Shown here: positions 17,530 to 26,811 of the stretch, in pieces | How positions within the stretch are numbered: position 1 is the first letter of the stretch | Layout of the letters: each line of letters starts with the position of its first letter | Assembly: GCA_002293825.1 (NCBI GenBank) | Contig: DBDW01000003.1 | Location: forward strand, 1 to 61,383 | Reading direction: 5' to 3' | DNA from: Candidatus Magasanikbacteria bacterium UBA922 | Lineage (GTDB): Bacteria > Patescibacteriota > Patescibacteriia > Magasanikbacterales > UBA922 | DNA length: 61,383 bases | The notes under the pieces: generated by a model | Seen by the model: the letters and a program-made list of their open reading frames with translations, nothing else | Database searches by the model: none | What the model was told of the DNA's origin: nothing | Made by a program: the position numbers and the translations under genes

Positions 17530-18135
17530 ATGATTACATTGTATGGATCTGCGAATTCAAGTGCGGGAAGATGTGTATGGTTATTGGAAGAATTGAATGT
17601 GCCGTACGAGCAGAAAGAATTGAACATGAAAAATCGCGAGCATAAAAGTGAGTGGTTTTTGAAATTGAATCCAAATGGGAAAATACCAGTATTGGTCGAT
17701 GGTGAATTTGTGTTGTGGGAATCAAATGCAATCAATCAATATTTGGCAGAAAAATATAAGCCAGAGCTTTTGGGAAGAACGCTTGAGGATCGTGCAAATG
17801 TTTCCCGATGGGTGTGGTGGAGTACGTTACATGTTCAGCGGTATTTTGATACTATTTTGTATTTTGTATTGTTTAATGTAGGTTCTCAAGATATGGCGAT
17901 TAAGGCAGGTGATGAGGTGAAACCGTATCTTGCAATTCTCAACGATCATCTTGAAAAACGTGATTTCATGGTCGGAACCGAATTTACACTCGCTGACCTT
18001 AGTGTGGCATCAGTTATCAATCTTGGGTTTGGACTCGAGTATGATTTTACAGCATATCCATCGATTGTCTCGTGGATGGGACGCATGAAGACCAGACCTG
18101 CAATGATCAGTCTTCTTACCAAGATGGGGAGATAG
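17530..18135 (+). CDS. Glutathione S-transferase family protein
   Basis: Thioredoxin-like N-domain (MITLYGS..S.AGRCVWLLEELNVPYE; GKIPVLVDGEFVLWESNAINQYL) plus a helical C-domain. Confidence 0.75.
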   Translation: MITLYGSANSSAGRCVWLLEELNVPYEQKELNMKNREHKSEWFLKLNPNGKIPVLVDGEFVLWESNAINQYLAEKYKPELLGRTLEDRANVSRWVWWSTLHVQRYFDTILYFVLFNVGSQDMAIKAGDEVKPYLAILNDHLEKRDFMVGTEFTLADLSVASVINLGFGLEYDFTAYPSIVSWMGRMKTRPAMISLLTKMGR

Positions 18136-18172
18136 TGAAATTACAAGGCATACACGCCATGCACACTACTCG

Positions 18173-18201
18173 AACTCAAGGGTGAAAACCTTTGAGTTTT
18201 T
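18173..18201 (+). terminator. Intrinsic terminator after the GST gene
   Basis: CTCAAGGG-TGAAAA-CCTTTGAG followed by TTTTT. Confidence 0.7.
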
Positions 18202-18238
18202 AGTTTTAACTTTTGTATTTTCGGCTATCATTACACTC

Positions 18239-18267
18239 TTGACAAGTGTGTGACTTTCGTCTATACT
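18239..18267 (+). promoter_or_regulatory. Promoter TTGACA-17-TATACT for typA
   Basis: Hexamers at 18239-18244 and 18262-18267. Confidence 0.65.
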
Positions 18268-18318
18268 CAGCCCATATTTCGCCTCGAGTGTTGAGCTTTG
18301 AGGCTTTTGTCTTCAAAT

Positions 18319-20109
18319 ATGGAAATTCGAAACATTGCAATTATCGCACACGTTGACCACGGTAAGACCACCTTGACCGATGCGTTGCTTCGTGAATGTG
18401 GAATGATTACTGAAGAAGGTCAGACGATGGATTCAAACACACTTGAACGAGAGCGTGGTATTACGATTTACGCAAAAAACACTTCTTTATTTTACAAAGG
18501 AACTAAGGTGAATATTGTAGATACTCCGGGTCACGCAGATTTTGGTTCAGAAGTAGAGCGTGTGTTGCGATCGATTGATTCAGTGTTATTGGTAGTCGAT
18601 GCGCAAGAAGGTCCGATGCCTCAGACAAAATTTGTATTGAAAAAATCTCTTGAAATTGGGCTCAAGCCGATTGTGGTTTTGAATAAAATTGATAAGCCTG
18701 CTGCGAGACCACAGGAAGTGCATGACATGGTTTTGGAATTGTTTATGGATCTCGGAGCAAATGATGAACAACTCAACTTTGTTACGGTGTACGCCATTGG
18801 TAAACTTGGAATTGCAAAAAAGAATTTGACTGATGAATCAAGTACTCTTGAGCCGTTGCTCGACACAATTTTAGAATGTGTTCCACCTGCTCCACATGAT
18901 ATTACAAAACCACTTCGCATGCAGCCATTCAATCTTGCGTATGATAATTATCTTGGTCGTCTTGCGGTCGGACGTATTTATGAAGGTGTGGTAAAACAAG
19001 GTGATAAAGTGTTTGTAAAAAATATTGACGGGAGTACTCGTAGTGGCAACATTACCAAAATTCAAAATTTCAAAGGATTTGCACGTGAAGAAGTGGCGAG
19101 TGCTGAAGCGGGGGATATTGTGATGATTGCAGGAATCCCTGATATTTATATTGGAGAAACAATTTGTGCGTCGAGTGATCAAGAACCATTGCCTGCGATC
19201 AAGGTAGATGATCCTACTATTAGTATGGATATTCTTGTCAATAATTCTCCTTTTGCAGGTAAAGAAGGAACATTTGTGACGAGTCGACAGATTCGCGAAC
19301 GATTGGAAAAAGAACTTGAAGTCAATGTGGGATTACAAATTGATTTTTCGAATTCTGATCGATTTACGGTATATGGACGTGGAGAAATGCATATTGCGAT
19401 TTTGCTTGAAAACATGCGACGTGAAGGATATGAACTTCAGGTTAGTCAGCCTAAAGTTATTATCAAAGAAGAAAATGGTGAGAAAGTGGAACCATTTGAA
19501 GAGGTGACGATTGATGTGCCTGATACCTACACCGGAGCGGTGATTGAAAAGATGAGTAAACGAAAAGGAATGATGGTAAACATGATGCCAGAAGGCGGAC
19601 ATACTCGAATTATTTTTGAAATTCCCACTCGAGGATTGCTCGGATATCGTGGTGAATTTGTCATGGATACTCGAGGAGAGGGAATTATGTCATCACGTGT
19701 GATCGGATTCCGTCCTCATGTGGGTGCGATCGAAAAACGTGAAGTAGGCAGTATGATTTCTGGTGAGACTGGCAAAGCACTTGGATACTCACTCTTCAAT
19801 CTTCAGGATCGTGGTGTACTGTATATTGGGCCAACTACTGAAGTGTATGAAGGAATGGTTATCGGAAATGTATCCAAAGGTCAGGACATGACCGTGAACC
19901 CAATCAAGGGAAAGAAACTTACCAATATGCGTGCGAGTGGAAGTGATGATGCGATTATTCTTACCCCGCCATTTGAAATTACACTTGAACGTGGAATGGA
20001 AATTATGAGTGATGATGAATATCTTGAAATTACGCCTACAAGTACTCGTCTCAGAAAGAAATGGTTGACTGAGGTTGAAAGAAATAGAAACAAGAGAACT
20101 GTTGCGTAA
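18319..20109 (+). CDS. typA: Translational GTPase TypA/BipA
   Basis: MEIRNIAIIAHVDHGKTTLTDALL, DTPGHADF and NKID motifs; length and C-terminal domain are typical of BipA. Confidence 0.92.
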   Translation: MEIRNIAIIAHVDHGKTTLTDALLRECGMITEEGQTMDSNTLERERGITIYAKNTSLFYKGTKVNIVDTPGHADFGSEVERVLRSIDSVLLVVDAQEGPMPQTKFVLKKSLEIGLKPIVVLNKIDKPAARPQEVHDMVLELFMDLGANDEQLNFVTVYAIGKLGIAKKNLTDESSTLEPLLDTILECVPPAPHDITKPLRMQPFNLAYDNYLGRLAVGRIYEGVVKQGDKVFVKNIDGSTRSGNITKIQNFKGFAREEVASAEAGDIVMIAGIPDIYIGETICASSDQEPLPAIKVDDPTISMDILVNNSPFAGKEGTFVTSRQIRERLEKELEVNVGLQIDFSNSDRFTVYGRGEMHIAILLENMRREGYELQVSQPKVIIKEENGEKVEPFEEVTIDVPDTYTGAVIEKMSKRKGMMVNMMPEGGHTRIIFEIPTRGLLGYRGEFVMDTRGEGIMSSRVIGFRPHVGAIEKREVGSMISGETGKALGYSLFNLQDRGVLYIGPTTEVYEGMVIGNVSKGQDMTVNPIKGKKLTNMRASGSDDAIILTPPFEITLERGMEIMSDDEYLEITPTSTRLRKKWLTEVERNRNKRTVA

Positions 20110-20143
20110 CTGTGTTCGAGTGCTAGATTAGATTTTTTACTCT

Positions 20144-20186
20144 AAAGATTGGAGATTCTGAATTACGGTCTCCAATCTTTTTGTTT
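20144..20186 (+). terminator. Intrinsic terminator after typA
   Basis: 12-bp stem AAAGATTGGAGA/TCTCCAATCTTT, 13-nt loop, T-rich tail. Confidence 0.8.
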
Positions 20187-20208
20187 TAACCCATGAGTGA
20201 GGTAGACC

Positions 20209-20237
20209 TTGAAAATATTTCAATAGTTCGTTATACT
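20209..20237 (+). promoter_or_regulatory. Promoter TTGAAA-17-TATACT upstream of the tRNA-Trp locus
   Basis: Hexamers at 20209-20214 and 20232-20237, 21 nt before the decayed tRNA copy. Confidence 0.55.
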
Positions 20238-20258
20238 GCGTTGGCAAATACAGATTAT

Positions 20259-20294
20259 GGGCGCGTGGTGAAATGGTGAGACTTTGGTCTCCAA
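20259..20294 (+). pseudogene. Decayed 5' half of tRNA-Trp (acceptor strand to anticodon CCA)
   Basis: 21/21 nt (20257-20277) and 9/9 nt (20286-20294) are identical to the intact tRNA-Trp 348 nt downstream. The 8-nt block between them breaks D-stem and anticodon-stem pairing. No matching 3' acceptor strand follows. Confidence 0.7.
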
Positions 20295-20643
20295 CCCCAC
20301 CCTTCGCGAAGGGTGGGACGATTCCTGTTGCTAGTCTATTGATTAAGGGGGAATTATGTATTATGTTTATTTGCTCAAGAGTGCTAAAGATAATGGGCTC
20401 TATATAGGTTATACGCACGATCTGCGTCGGAGATTTCATGAGCATACTAATGGAAAAGTTGATGCGACAAAACATCGCAGACCATTGAAACTTTTCTATT
20501 ACGAAGCTTATGAAACTGATAGTTTAGCGCGAGAAAGAGAAAGAAAGTTGAAACAATTTGGTTCAGCGTATATTGCACTTTTGAAACGTTTGCATGTGAA
20601 ATAAATGGGCGCGTGGTGAAATGGTATCACTAGGGTCTCCAAA
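20295..20643 (+). mobile_element. Candidate GIY-YIG cassette inserted in tRNA-Trp (palindrome + nuclease ORF + replacement tRNA 5' half)
   Basis: The segment is bounded by the two copies of the tRNA 5' half. It contains a perfect 22-nt palindrome (20296-20317), an SD and an 82-aa GIY-YIG ORF. The boundaries are inferred. Confidence 0.4.
20356..20604 (+). CDS. Stand-alone GIY-YIG nuclease domain protein (82 aa)
   Basis: YYVYLLKS...GLYIGYTHDLRRRFHEH...E matches the GIY-(10)-YIG, Arg and Glu pattern. SD AAGGGGG lies 5 nt upstream of the ATG. Confidence 0.8.
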   Translation: MYYVYLLKSAKDNGLYIGYTHDLRRRFHEHTNGKVDATKHRRPLKLFYYEAYETDSLARERERKLKQFGSAYIALLKRLHVK

Positions 20644-20680
20644 ACCTTCGTCGTCGGTTCGATTCCGGCCGCGCCTGCCA
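20607..20680 (+). tRNA. tRNA-Trp (anticodon CCA), CCA end encoded
   Basis: Acceptor GGGCGCG/CGCGCCT (G1-U72), D-arm GTGA-AATGGTA-TCAC, anticodon arm AGGGT-CTCCAAA-ACCTT, T-arm GTCGG-TTCGATT-CCGGC, discriminator G plus CCA. Confidence 0.85.
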
Positions 20681-20820
20681 GTTATTGCAAAAATTTTCAA
20701 TCTCGATTTTCACAAAAGGTGGAACGATTCTTACTACGTGTGTTTTGTATGCGTGCCTGGTAGGTATCGCATTTTATTATAAAATTTTACTTTTGTTACA
20801 AAATTATATATTTTGACAAT

Positions 20821-22932
20821 ATGAATGTGGATATTACTATTATTGTTCCGGTATATAATGAGAAGGATACTATTTTGGAATTACTTGATCGTCTCAAGAC
20901 TGTTTTTGATCAACAGCGTTTTCAGAGTGAGATATTGGTAATTGACGATGGTTCTACTGACGGTACGGTGCAATTATTACAACAATCGTTATTTGTTCGT
21001 GATCCTTTATTCACCTTTTTTTATCAAGAAAAAAATCAAGGTAAAGGATCTGCGATACATGCTGGATTGAAACAAGCAAAAGGGGAATACACTATTATTC
21101 AGGATGCTGATCTTGAATACGATCCTCGTGATATTGTCTCCTTATATCAATATGCGGTTTCGCGTAATGAATCGGTGGTGTATGGATCACGTAATTTGCG
21201 CGAAGGCCAGCAAGGTTCGTTTATGTTTTATTGGGGCGGACGTCTACTCACTTGGATCACGAATGTACTGTTTCGCCAAAAAATAACTGATGAAGCTACG
21301 TGCTACAAGCTTGCCAAAACCTCTCTTCTTCGTTCGTTTCATTTGAGAGAGCAAGGGTTTGGCTTTTGTCCCGAGGTTACGGCTCACATTGCTCGAAGTG
21401 GAATTCGAATTAAAGAACTTCCTATTTCCTATACACCCCGATCAAAACATGATGGAAAAAAAATAAATTGGCGAGATGGTATTATCGCAATTGCAATATT
21501 GATAAAATTTAAATTTTCTAATTTTCGTAAACATATTCCAGCTATTGTACTTGTTGTTTTTGGCTTGTTTGTGTACTTGCTGACTTGGCAACATCATTTC
21601 GGTGGATATGAAGCAGAAACTGCCGAATCAGCGATAAAACTATTTCATGGGGAGTATGATATACGACGGGCAGGAATATCTTCACTCATATTGTATGCTC
21701 CATTTATTGTGTTGTACGAGATTTTTGGGTTGAGTGATTTTTCTCATTTATCTTTTGTTCCTTTATTTTACACTGCTCTTACGGGAGGATTGTTATATTA
21801 TGTTTTATTGTATCTTACAGATAAAAAATCAGTGAGTATCGTGATGAGTGCAATTATCATGGTGGGGTCGATCATGTGGCCATATACAAATATTGGCATG
21901 GAGTATCAGGTGATGTTTTATCTGACTTTACTTTTGTTGTCTTTACTTAGGTGGAAGCTGGGTAAGGGAACATTGTTGTTTCCGGCACTTGTTTTTTCAT
22001 TGTTGTGTATTGCAAAATCATATGGTCCCATGTTTGGTCTCCCTGTAGTAATGTTTATTATTTTTTCTCGCACACATATTATATTGGATCATGTCAAAAA
22101 TATTGCACGAGTTCTTATTCCTGCAGGAATTGTTTTTATATCATATATTTTTTTACAGTGGCATGTGTATGGTTCTGTTACGGGTGTTTATTCTCTGAGT
22201 CATGAGTTTCAGATTTGGAATTGGTGGGAAGGTTTTTATGGTATATTTTTTTCTATTGGGAAAAGTATTTTTTTATTCAGCCCACTTCTTTTTTTGGTGG
22301 TGTATTATATTCCTCGTTTTTGTAGAGAACACCGTGAGACTGCGTGGTATATTTTTTCGTCATTTATTCTATTATTTATCATGACAGCGCCTTTCAGTTA
22401 TTGGACTGACGAGACACTTGGAGTTCGTAAACTAGTGCCTATTATCCCACTCCTTCACATACCACTTTTGTATTTATTTGAATCTATTTTTGTCGGGGGA
22501 AAAATTCGTATCTGGTTATTTGCGTTGTTTCTTGGTGGAGCTATATATATACAAATACTTGGAGCCTCATATTATTATGGTACCCAATTGAGTGTATTGC
22601 GTAAGGCAGATTTAGATTCACTACATCATATGCGCTATACCCCCGAACTCTCGGTGCTTTCGCTGCATAATACACTTTTATATAATTTTATTTTTACTCA
22701 GGATAAAAAATTGTTGTACCATGAAGAAACGTGGTTTCGGTGGACTGTACCTTCACCTGATATGATTTTGAATCATGCAAAAATTGATTTGGCAGAACAC
22801 ACAATACCTGACATTGTGTGGTTTCGCGGGTCTCCTGTGCATTTTGTTGTTTTTTGGGCGTTATTATCTGGCACGTTATTATCTAGTTATTTAATTTTTT
22901 GTTTGGTTCGAAACGATAATACATATAAATAG
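20821..22932 (+). CDS. Fusion protein: GT2 polyprenol-phosphate glycosyltransferase-like domain + ~470-aa polytopic membrane domain (GT-C/ArnT-like?)
   Basis: N-terminus has [20 protein letters not shown] and QDADLEYDP (GT-A fold, DxD), as in Dpm1/ArnC. It is followed by more than 12 predicted TMs with a loop after TM1 ([20 protein letters not shown]). Confidence 0.65.
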   Translation: MNVDITIIVPVYNEKDTILELLDRLKTVFDQQRFQSEILVIDDGSTDGTVQLLQQSLFVRDPLFTFFYQEKNQGKGSAIHAGLKQAKGEYTIIQDADLEYDPRDIVSLYQYAVSRNESVVYGSRNLREGQQGSFMFYWGGRLLTWITNVLFRQKITDEATCYKLAKTSLLRSFHLREQGFGFCPEVTAHIARSGIRIKELPISYTPRSKHDGKKINWRDGIIAIAILIKFKFSNFRKHIPAIVLVVFGLFVYLLTWQHHFGGYEAETAESAIKLFHGEYDIRRAGISSLILYAPFIVLYEIFGLSDFSHLSFVPLFYTALTGGLLYYVLLYLTDKKSVSIVMSAIIMVGSIMWPYTNIGMEYQVMFYLTLLLLSLLRWKLGKGTLLFPALVFSLLCIAKSYGPMFGLPVVMFIIFSRTHIILDHVKNIARVLIPAGIVFISYIFLQWHVYGSVTGVYSLSHEFQIWNWWEGFYGIFFSIGKSIFLFSPLLFLVVYYIPRFCREHRETAWYIFSSFILLFIMTAPFSYWTDETLGVRKLVPIIPLLHIPLLYLFESIFVGGKIRIWLFALFLGGAIYIQILGASYYYGTQLSVLRKADLDSLHHMRYTPELSVLSLHNTLLYNFIFTQDKKLLYHEETWFRWTVPSPDMILNHAKIDLAEHTIPDIVWFRGSPVHFVVFWALLSGTLLSSYLIFCLVRNDNTYK

Positions 22933-22933
22933 A

Positions 22934-23269
22934 ATGTTATACTACATGATGCGTATGAAACATAATTTTTTTTATAGTTTACTTTTTCTTTGCGTGGTTG
23001 GCATGATTGGTGTCTATTATTTTTTATATACACCTTCTGTGGTTACAGGTAATGTTGTTAAACATTCTGAAATTGTGGATCAATGGGGCGTACAGTCAAA
23101 AGGCATGTTATTTTCTCGCGATATTGTATATATACATGATTTACCAACTTCACTTCAAAAAGAAGGATTAGTGGTTGAGTGTAAGTATAAAGATAATTTT
23201 CGAGATGTAATTGGATTGGGAGATTGGGGAGTGGTAATTGATGGAAAGAATTGCATTTTCAAAGAGTAG
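22934..23269 (+). CDS. Small membrane-anchored hypothetical protein
   Basis: Begins 2 nt after the GT fusion gene. Single TM FFYSLLFLCVVGMIGVYYFLY. Confidence 0.45.
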   Translation: MLYYMMRMKHNFFYSLLFLCVVGMIGVYYFLYTPSVVTGNVVKHSEIVDQWGVQSKGMLFSRDIVYIHDLPTSLQKEGLVVECKYKDNFRDVIGLGDWGVVIDGKNCIFKE

Positions 23270-23319
23270 TGTGACAATTTCAAATTTTTTATAATAGTTT
23301 GTATATACAGAGTGCTTCC

Positions 23320-23348
23320 TTGACAAACTATCCTTTTTCTGCTATACT
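23320..23348 (+). promoter_or_regulatory. Promoter TTGACA-17-TATACT for the DEAD-box helicase (about 100-nt leader)
   Basis: Hexamers at 23320-23325 and 23343-23348. The leader contains the hairpin AGACG-10 nt-CGTCT (23365-23384). Confidence 0.65.
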
Positions 23349-23451
23349 AGCTTTTCATTTATGTAGACGGTTTTTTGATCGTCTCTCAGACTCGAATCTC
23401 TTGTTCCATACTTTAGTGGCTTCGAAGATATTGGGTCACTAATTTTTTTAT

Positions 23452-24879
23452 ATGGAACACACTCCTCCAAAGGTGGGCTTTGAAAGCCTGCCTATTGCGC
23501 CAAAGCTTTTAGAAGTTTTGACACGTTATTCATACACTTATCCGACTCCAATCCAATTGAAGTCTATTCCTGTTGCCCTTGAAGGAAAGGATATGGTCGG
23601 AATTGCACAGACTGGTACAGGCAAAACGCTTGCCTATGGTATTCCGATGATTCAGCGATTGAGTGCACTCAAGGCTCAGGGACTCGTATTGGTGCCTACT
23701 CGAGAATTGGCATTGCAAGTAGACGAAACATTGAAAAAAATCGGTGGAGCATTTGGGCTCCGCACGTCGGTGATTATTGGCGGGGCTTCGATGCATCGTC
23801 AGGTCGCAGAGCTTCGGGGTAATCCGCATGTGATTGTGGCTACTCCGGGACGATTGGTCGATCATGTGGAGCAGAGAACTGTTTCACTCGATCGAGTGAA
23901 ATTGGTGGTGCTCGATGAAGCTGATCGTATGTTTGATATCGGATTTGCGCCACAGATCAAGCGAATTCTTTCATTGATATCTTCAGAACGACAAACATTG
24001 CTTTTTTCGGCTACTATGCCTGCTGAAATCGCCAAGATGGCTGCACAATATATGCGAATGCCATTGCGTATCGAGGTAGCGCCTCAGGGAACGAGTTCTG
24101 CGAATGTAGAGCAGGAAATTTTCTTTATACAAAAAGAATCAAAGATGCAATTATTACAGAAATTACTTGATGATAATAAGGGAACGGTATTGGTATTTTC
24201 TCGTACGAAATTTGGTGCAAAACGAATTGCAGCTGCTGTGCGACAGATGAATCACACTGCCGTTGAAATTCACTCCAATCGTACGCTCGCACAGCGAAAA
24301 GCAGCATTAGCTGGATTCAAATCTGGTCAATATCGTATTCTTGTGGCTACTGATATTGCTGCACGAGGTATCGATGTGACGGGGATTTCATTGGTAATCA
24401 ATTTTGATCTTCCGGATAATTCTGAAGACTATGTGCATCGTATCGGTCGCACCGGACGTGCGGGCCATACTGGAAAAGCTGTGTCATTTGCTACACATCA
24501 AGAAAAATCGCAGATTCGACAGATTGAGCGATTGATCAAGAAAACATTGCCGATTATTGGGTTGCCGACATTGCCTCCAAAAATGGATACACCAGCTCCA
24601 GAACGTGATTCTGATGATTTTTCTCGACACGGAAATAATCGTGGTAGAGGGCGATCGTATCGAAGTGCAGGTGACCGAGGATATGGACAATCAGGCTCTC
24701 GTGATCGAGTGTCTGATGGATCGTCATCTCATGATCATTCTTCTCGTCGACGAAATCGTACGCATCGATATGGGAAAAGACGTGCAGAAGCTCGTGATCG
24801 TGGTGAAGCGTTTGGTAATTCAAGTCAGAAACCATCATTCCATACCACGTTTGGGCGACGAGGCACTACTCACTCATAG
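23452..24879 (+). CDS. DEAD-box ATP-dependent RNA helicase with Arg/Ser/Gly-rich C-terminal tail
   Basis: Q-motif YTYPTPIQ, AQTGTGKT, DEAD, SAT, HRIGRTGRAG. The tail is RGRGRSYRSAGDRGYGQSGSRDR... Confidence 0.92.
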   Translation: MEHTPPKVGFESLPIAPKLLEVLTRYSYTYPTPIQLKSIPVALEGKDMVGIAQTGTGKTLAYGIPMIQRLSALKAQGLVLVPTRELALQVDETLKKIGGAFGLRTSVIIGGASMHRQVAELRGNPHVIVATPGRLVDHVEQRTVSLDRVKLVVLDEADRMFDIGFAPQIKRILSLISSERQTLLFSATMPAEIAKMAAQYMRMPLRIEVAPQGTSSANVEQEIFFIQKESKMQLLQKLLDDNKGTVLVFSRTKFGAKRIAAAVRQMNHTAVEIHSNRTLAQRKAALAGFKSGQYRILVATDIAARGIDVTGISLVINFDLPDNSEDYVHRIGRTGRAGHTGKAVSFATHQEKSQIRQIERLIKKTLPIIGLPTLPPKMDTPAPERDSDDFSRHGNNRGRGRSYRSAGDRGYGQSGSRDRVSDGSSSHDHSSRRRNRTHRYGKRRAEARDRGEAFGNSSQKPSFHTTFGRRGTTHS

Positions 24880-24885
24880 AGTATT

Positions 24886-24915
24886 AAAAATTCCGCATAC
24901 TGCGGAATTTTTTTT
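24886..24915 (+). terminator. Intrinsic terminator after the helicase gene
   Basis: AATTCCGCA-TAC-TGCGGAATT followed by T7. Confidence 0.85.
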
Positions 24916-24922
24916 GATGTTC

Positions 24923-24952
24923 TTTACAAGGTGAGAAAATTTCATGTATAGT
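24923..24952 (+). promoter_or_regulatory. Promoter candidate TTTACA-18-TATAGT
   Basis: Lies upstream of the YceI-like gene. Confidence 0.4.
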
Positions 24953-24977
24953 ATACAAATTCTTAATTATATCGTAT

Positions 24978-25655
24978 ATGAATTCTCGTATTTTTTTAGT
25001 GTTAGCATTGGTAGTCGTGGGTGGTGGAATTTTTGCATATTCATATGTGCAGCAGGATATGGCCACACCTTCTGTGGGTGAAAATACCGGATCTCCTTCT
25101 TCGTCTCAGGCTGCTGTAGAAGCGGTGGTATCTACTGAGACAGAAGTATCTGGTGATGCGTATCGAATTTCAGATGAGTCATTGGTACGTTATCATGCGC
25201 AAAAACGATGGCTCAAAAAACCTACTGAAGTCGTAGATGCTACTAATACGGATGTTTCAGGTACCGTTTATTTTGATACCGAACAATCATCGCTTACTGG
25301 ACTGGTGGTTACTATTGATTCTCAGTCATTTGTCTCAGGGAGTGGTATGAGAGACGCTGATGTGAAGAAAATGTTTTCAGAAAATATTACGATCAGATTA
25401 TCAGAATCTATTGCGGTGACTGATACTGCGTCGTTTAATGGATCTGTGGAACTCGATGTGATGATTAATGGAGTTACTAAACGCGTACCTTTTACCACCA
25501 CTGCTTCAGTGGTTGATGGGGTTATTACTGCAAAAGGAGAGGGAAGTATTATGCTTGGAGATTTTGGTATTGATGCTCCGTCAGTTTTGAACTTGTATAC
25601 GGTTGATGAGAAGTTGGGTGTCTCATTTGATATTAGCGCACGACAATCATCTTAA
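24978..25655 (+). CDS. YceI-like domain protein with N-terminal signal anchor
   Basis: TM is IFLVLALVVVGGGIFAY. The motif after a beta-rich segment (VTIDSQSFVSGSGMRDADVKKMF) resembles YceI family proteins. Confidence 0.5.
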   Translation: MNSRIFLVLALVVVGGGIFAYSYVQQDMATPSVGENTGSPSSSQAAVEAVVSTETEVSGDAYRISDESLVRYHAQKRWLKKPTEVVDATNTDVSGTVYFDTEQSSLTGLVVTIDSQSFVSGSGMRDADVKKMFSENITIRLSESIAVTDTASFNGSVELDVMINGVTKRVPFTTTASVVDGVITAKGEGSIMLGDFGIDAPSVLNLYTVDEKLGVSFDISARQSS

Positions 25656-25671
25656 TCAATAGTATCTGATT

Positions 25672-25701
25672 AAAAAAACCACCTGAAATGGTGGTTTTTT
25701 T
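25672..25701. terminator. Bidirectional intrinsic terminator
   Basis: A7-CCACC-TGAAAT-GGTGG-T7, between convergent genes. Confidence 0.8.
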
Positions 25702-25718
25702 AATTTTATTGCGAAGTG

Positions 25719-26795
25719 TTATTGAAATATTTTTTTGAAAAAACCCGATACTATTTTTCCAATTTTTTGTTTTTCCTGCTCTGTTTTTGGGGTTGCTCCC
25801 TCTATTCGTACTGAGTACTCCTCTTTTTTTTGCGTCTGAGGTATGCGTAGTAATCCTGGTTTTTTATCTTCTTTATTTGAATGTATGCGTTTTTCTATCA
25901 TTGGACCAATACTTGTTTTGAGTACTTGCAGTGCTTCTTCTATATACTGTTCATAGTATGAATCGAGTTGCTCATTGAGCGTGTGTCGTATGTCAGGATT
26001 TTGTATGCTTTTGATTTTTTTCTTTATTGCTCGCAATTCAGTAGTGTGCGGTGGTTCGATGAATGGTTCGTATTCGAGTAGTATTTTATTGAGTGCGTGG
26101 TCGTATACGAGCTGATATTCTGATGTACCGTTGTCCATTGCTGAATTAATTCCATTTTCCGTTTTAATTTTTGCTGAATAATAGTCCGAGGTCATTTGAT
26201 CTACGATCTCATGTGTGAGTGCAATGATACTAATTCCTGCGTCAGCTCCTCTTTGTAAGAGGTGTCCAATTTCAGGCTTGGTGCGTTCTTGAAGTGCATC
26301 AATTTCTTCACTGATACTGATTGATTCTTGTATGTATTCTTGCGAAGTATTGAGGTGTTCGTTTTTTTCTATTTTTTCTCGAGCGTGTGCTTCTTTTCGT
26401 GCCATGCGGTCGACCTTTAGATCTTCAAGTATTCCTTGTTTTTGTGCTGTCTGTGTTTCAATTGGTAGATCTTGAAGTGTTTTTTCATCAATACGACTCA
26501 GTATAATATATTTGATTTGTTCGGTGTTTTTTCGTTGCATGAAATCGTGTGGAAACTGATCGATGGTTTCTTCAATCGCCCGATCGAGAGCAGTAGAGAT
26601 TTCTTTTTGTTTTGTTTCTGATAATTCGCGTACATCATCGAGAATTAATTGTTTGATATGTTGTAGCATTTCTGATTTGTGTTCATGTTGTACATCTTTC
26701 ATGGTTTCCTCCATATAGAGATCGGGGGACGTGATTTCTCGAGGGTTTTCATTCCCTCGTCTCATAATTTTTCGTGTCTTAGGTAATTCACTCAT
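25719..26795 (-). CDS. Hypothetical acidic, helical protein (358 aa)
   Basis: A long ORF with coherent codon usage and clean boundaries. No recognisable motifs. Confidence 0.5.
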   Translation of the reverse strand: MSELPKTRKIMRRGNENPREITSPDLYMEETMKDVQHEHKSEMLQHIKQLILDDVRELSETKQKEISTALDRAIEETIDQFPHDFMQRKNTEQIKYIILSRIDEKTLQDLPIETQTAQKQGILEDLKVDRMARKEAHAREKIEKNEHLNTSQEYIQESISISEEIDALQERTKPEIGHLLQRGADAGISIIALTHEIVDQMTSDYYSAKIKTENGINSAMDNGTSEYQLVYDHALNKILLEYEPFIEPPHTTELRAIKKKIKSIQNPDIRHTLNEQLDSYYEQYIEEALQVLKTSIGPMIEKRIHSNKEDKKPGLLRIPQTQKKEEYSVRIEGATPKTEQEKQKIGKIVSGFFKKIFQ

Positions 26796-26811
26796 AGTTA
26801 TGGGTTAAATA

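Noticed and set aside
20115-20124. Half-CIRCE-like GAGTGCTAG just after typA
   Set aside because: There is no matching left arm at a 9-nt spacing. It is a single half-site in a non-heat-shock context.
20137-20475. 112-aa minus-strand ORF overlapping the typA terminator, the decayed tRNA and the GIY-YIG start
   Set aside because: It runs antisense through structured non-coding elements and a motif-supported plus-strand gene. It has no motifs.
20259-20680. A single tRNA-Trp gene interrupted by a group I intron carrying a GIY-YIG homing endonuclease
   Set aside because: The downstream copy is a complete tRNA with its own 5' half, D-arm and anticodon arm. The upstream fragment therefore cannot be its 5' exon. 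The upstream fragment also cannot form D or anticodon stems.
20811-20816. TTGACA hexamer 4 nt upstream of the GT2-fusion ATG as its promoter
   Set aside because: It is too close to the start codon to act as a -35 element for this gene.
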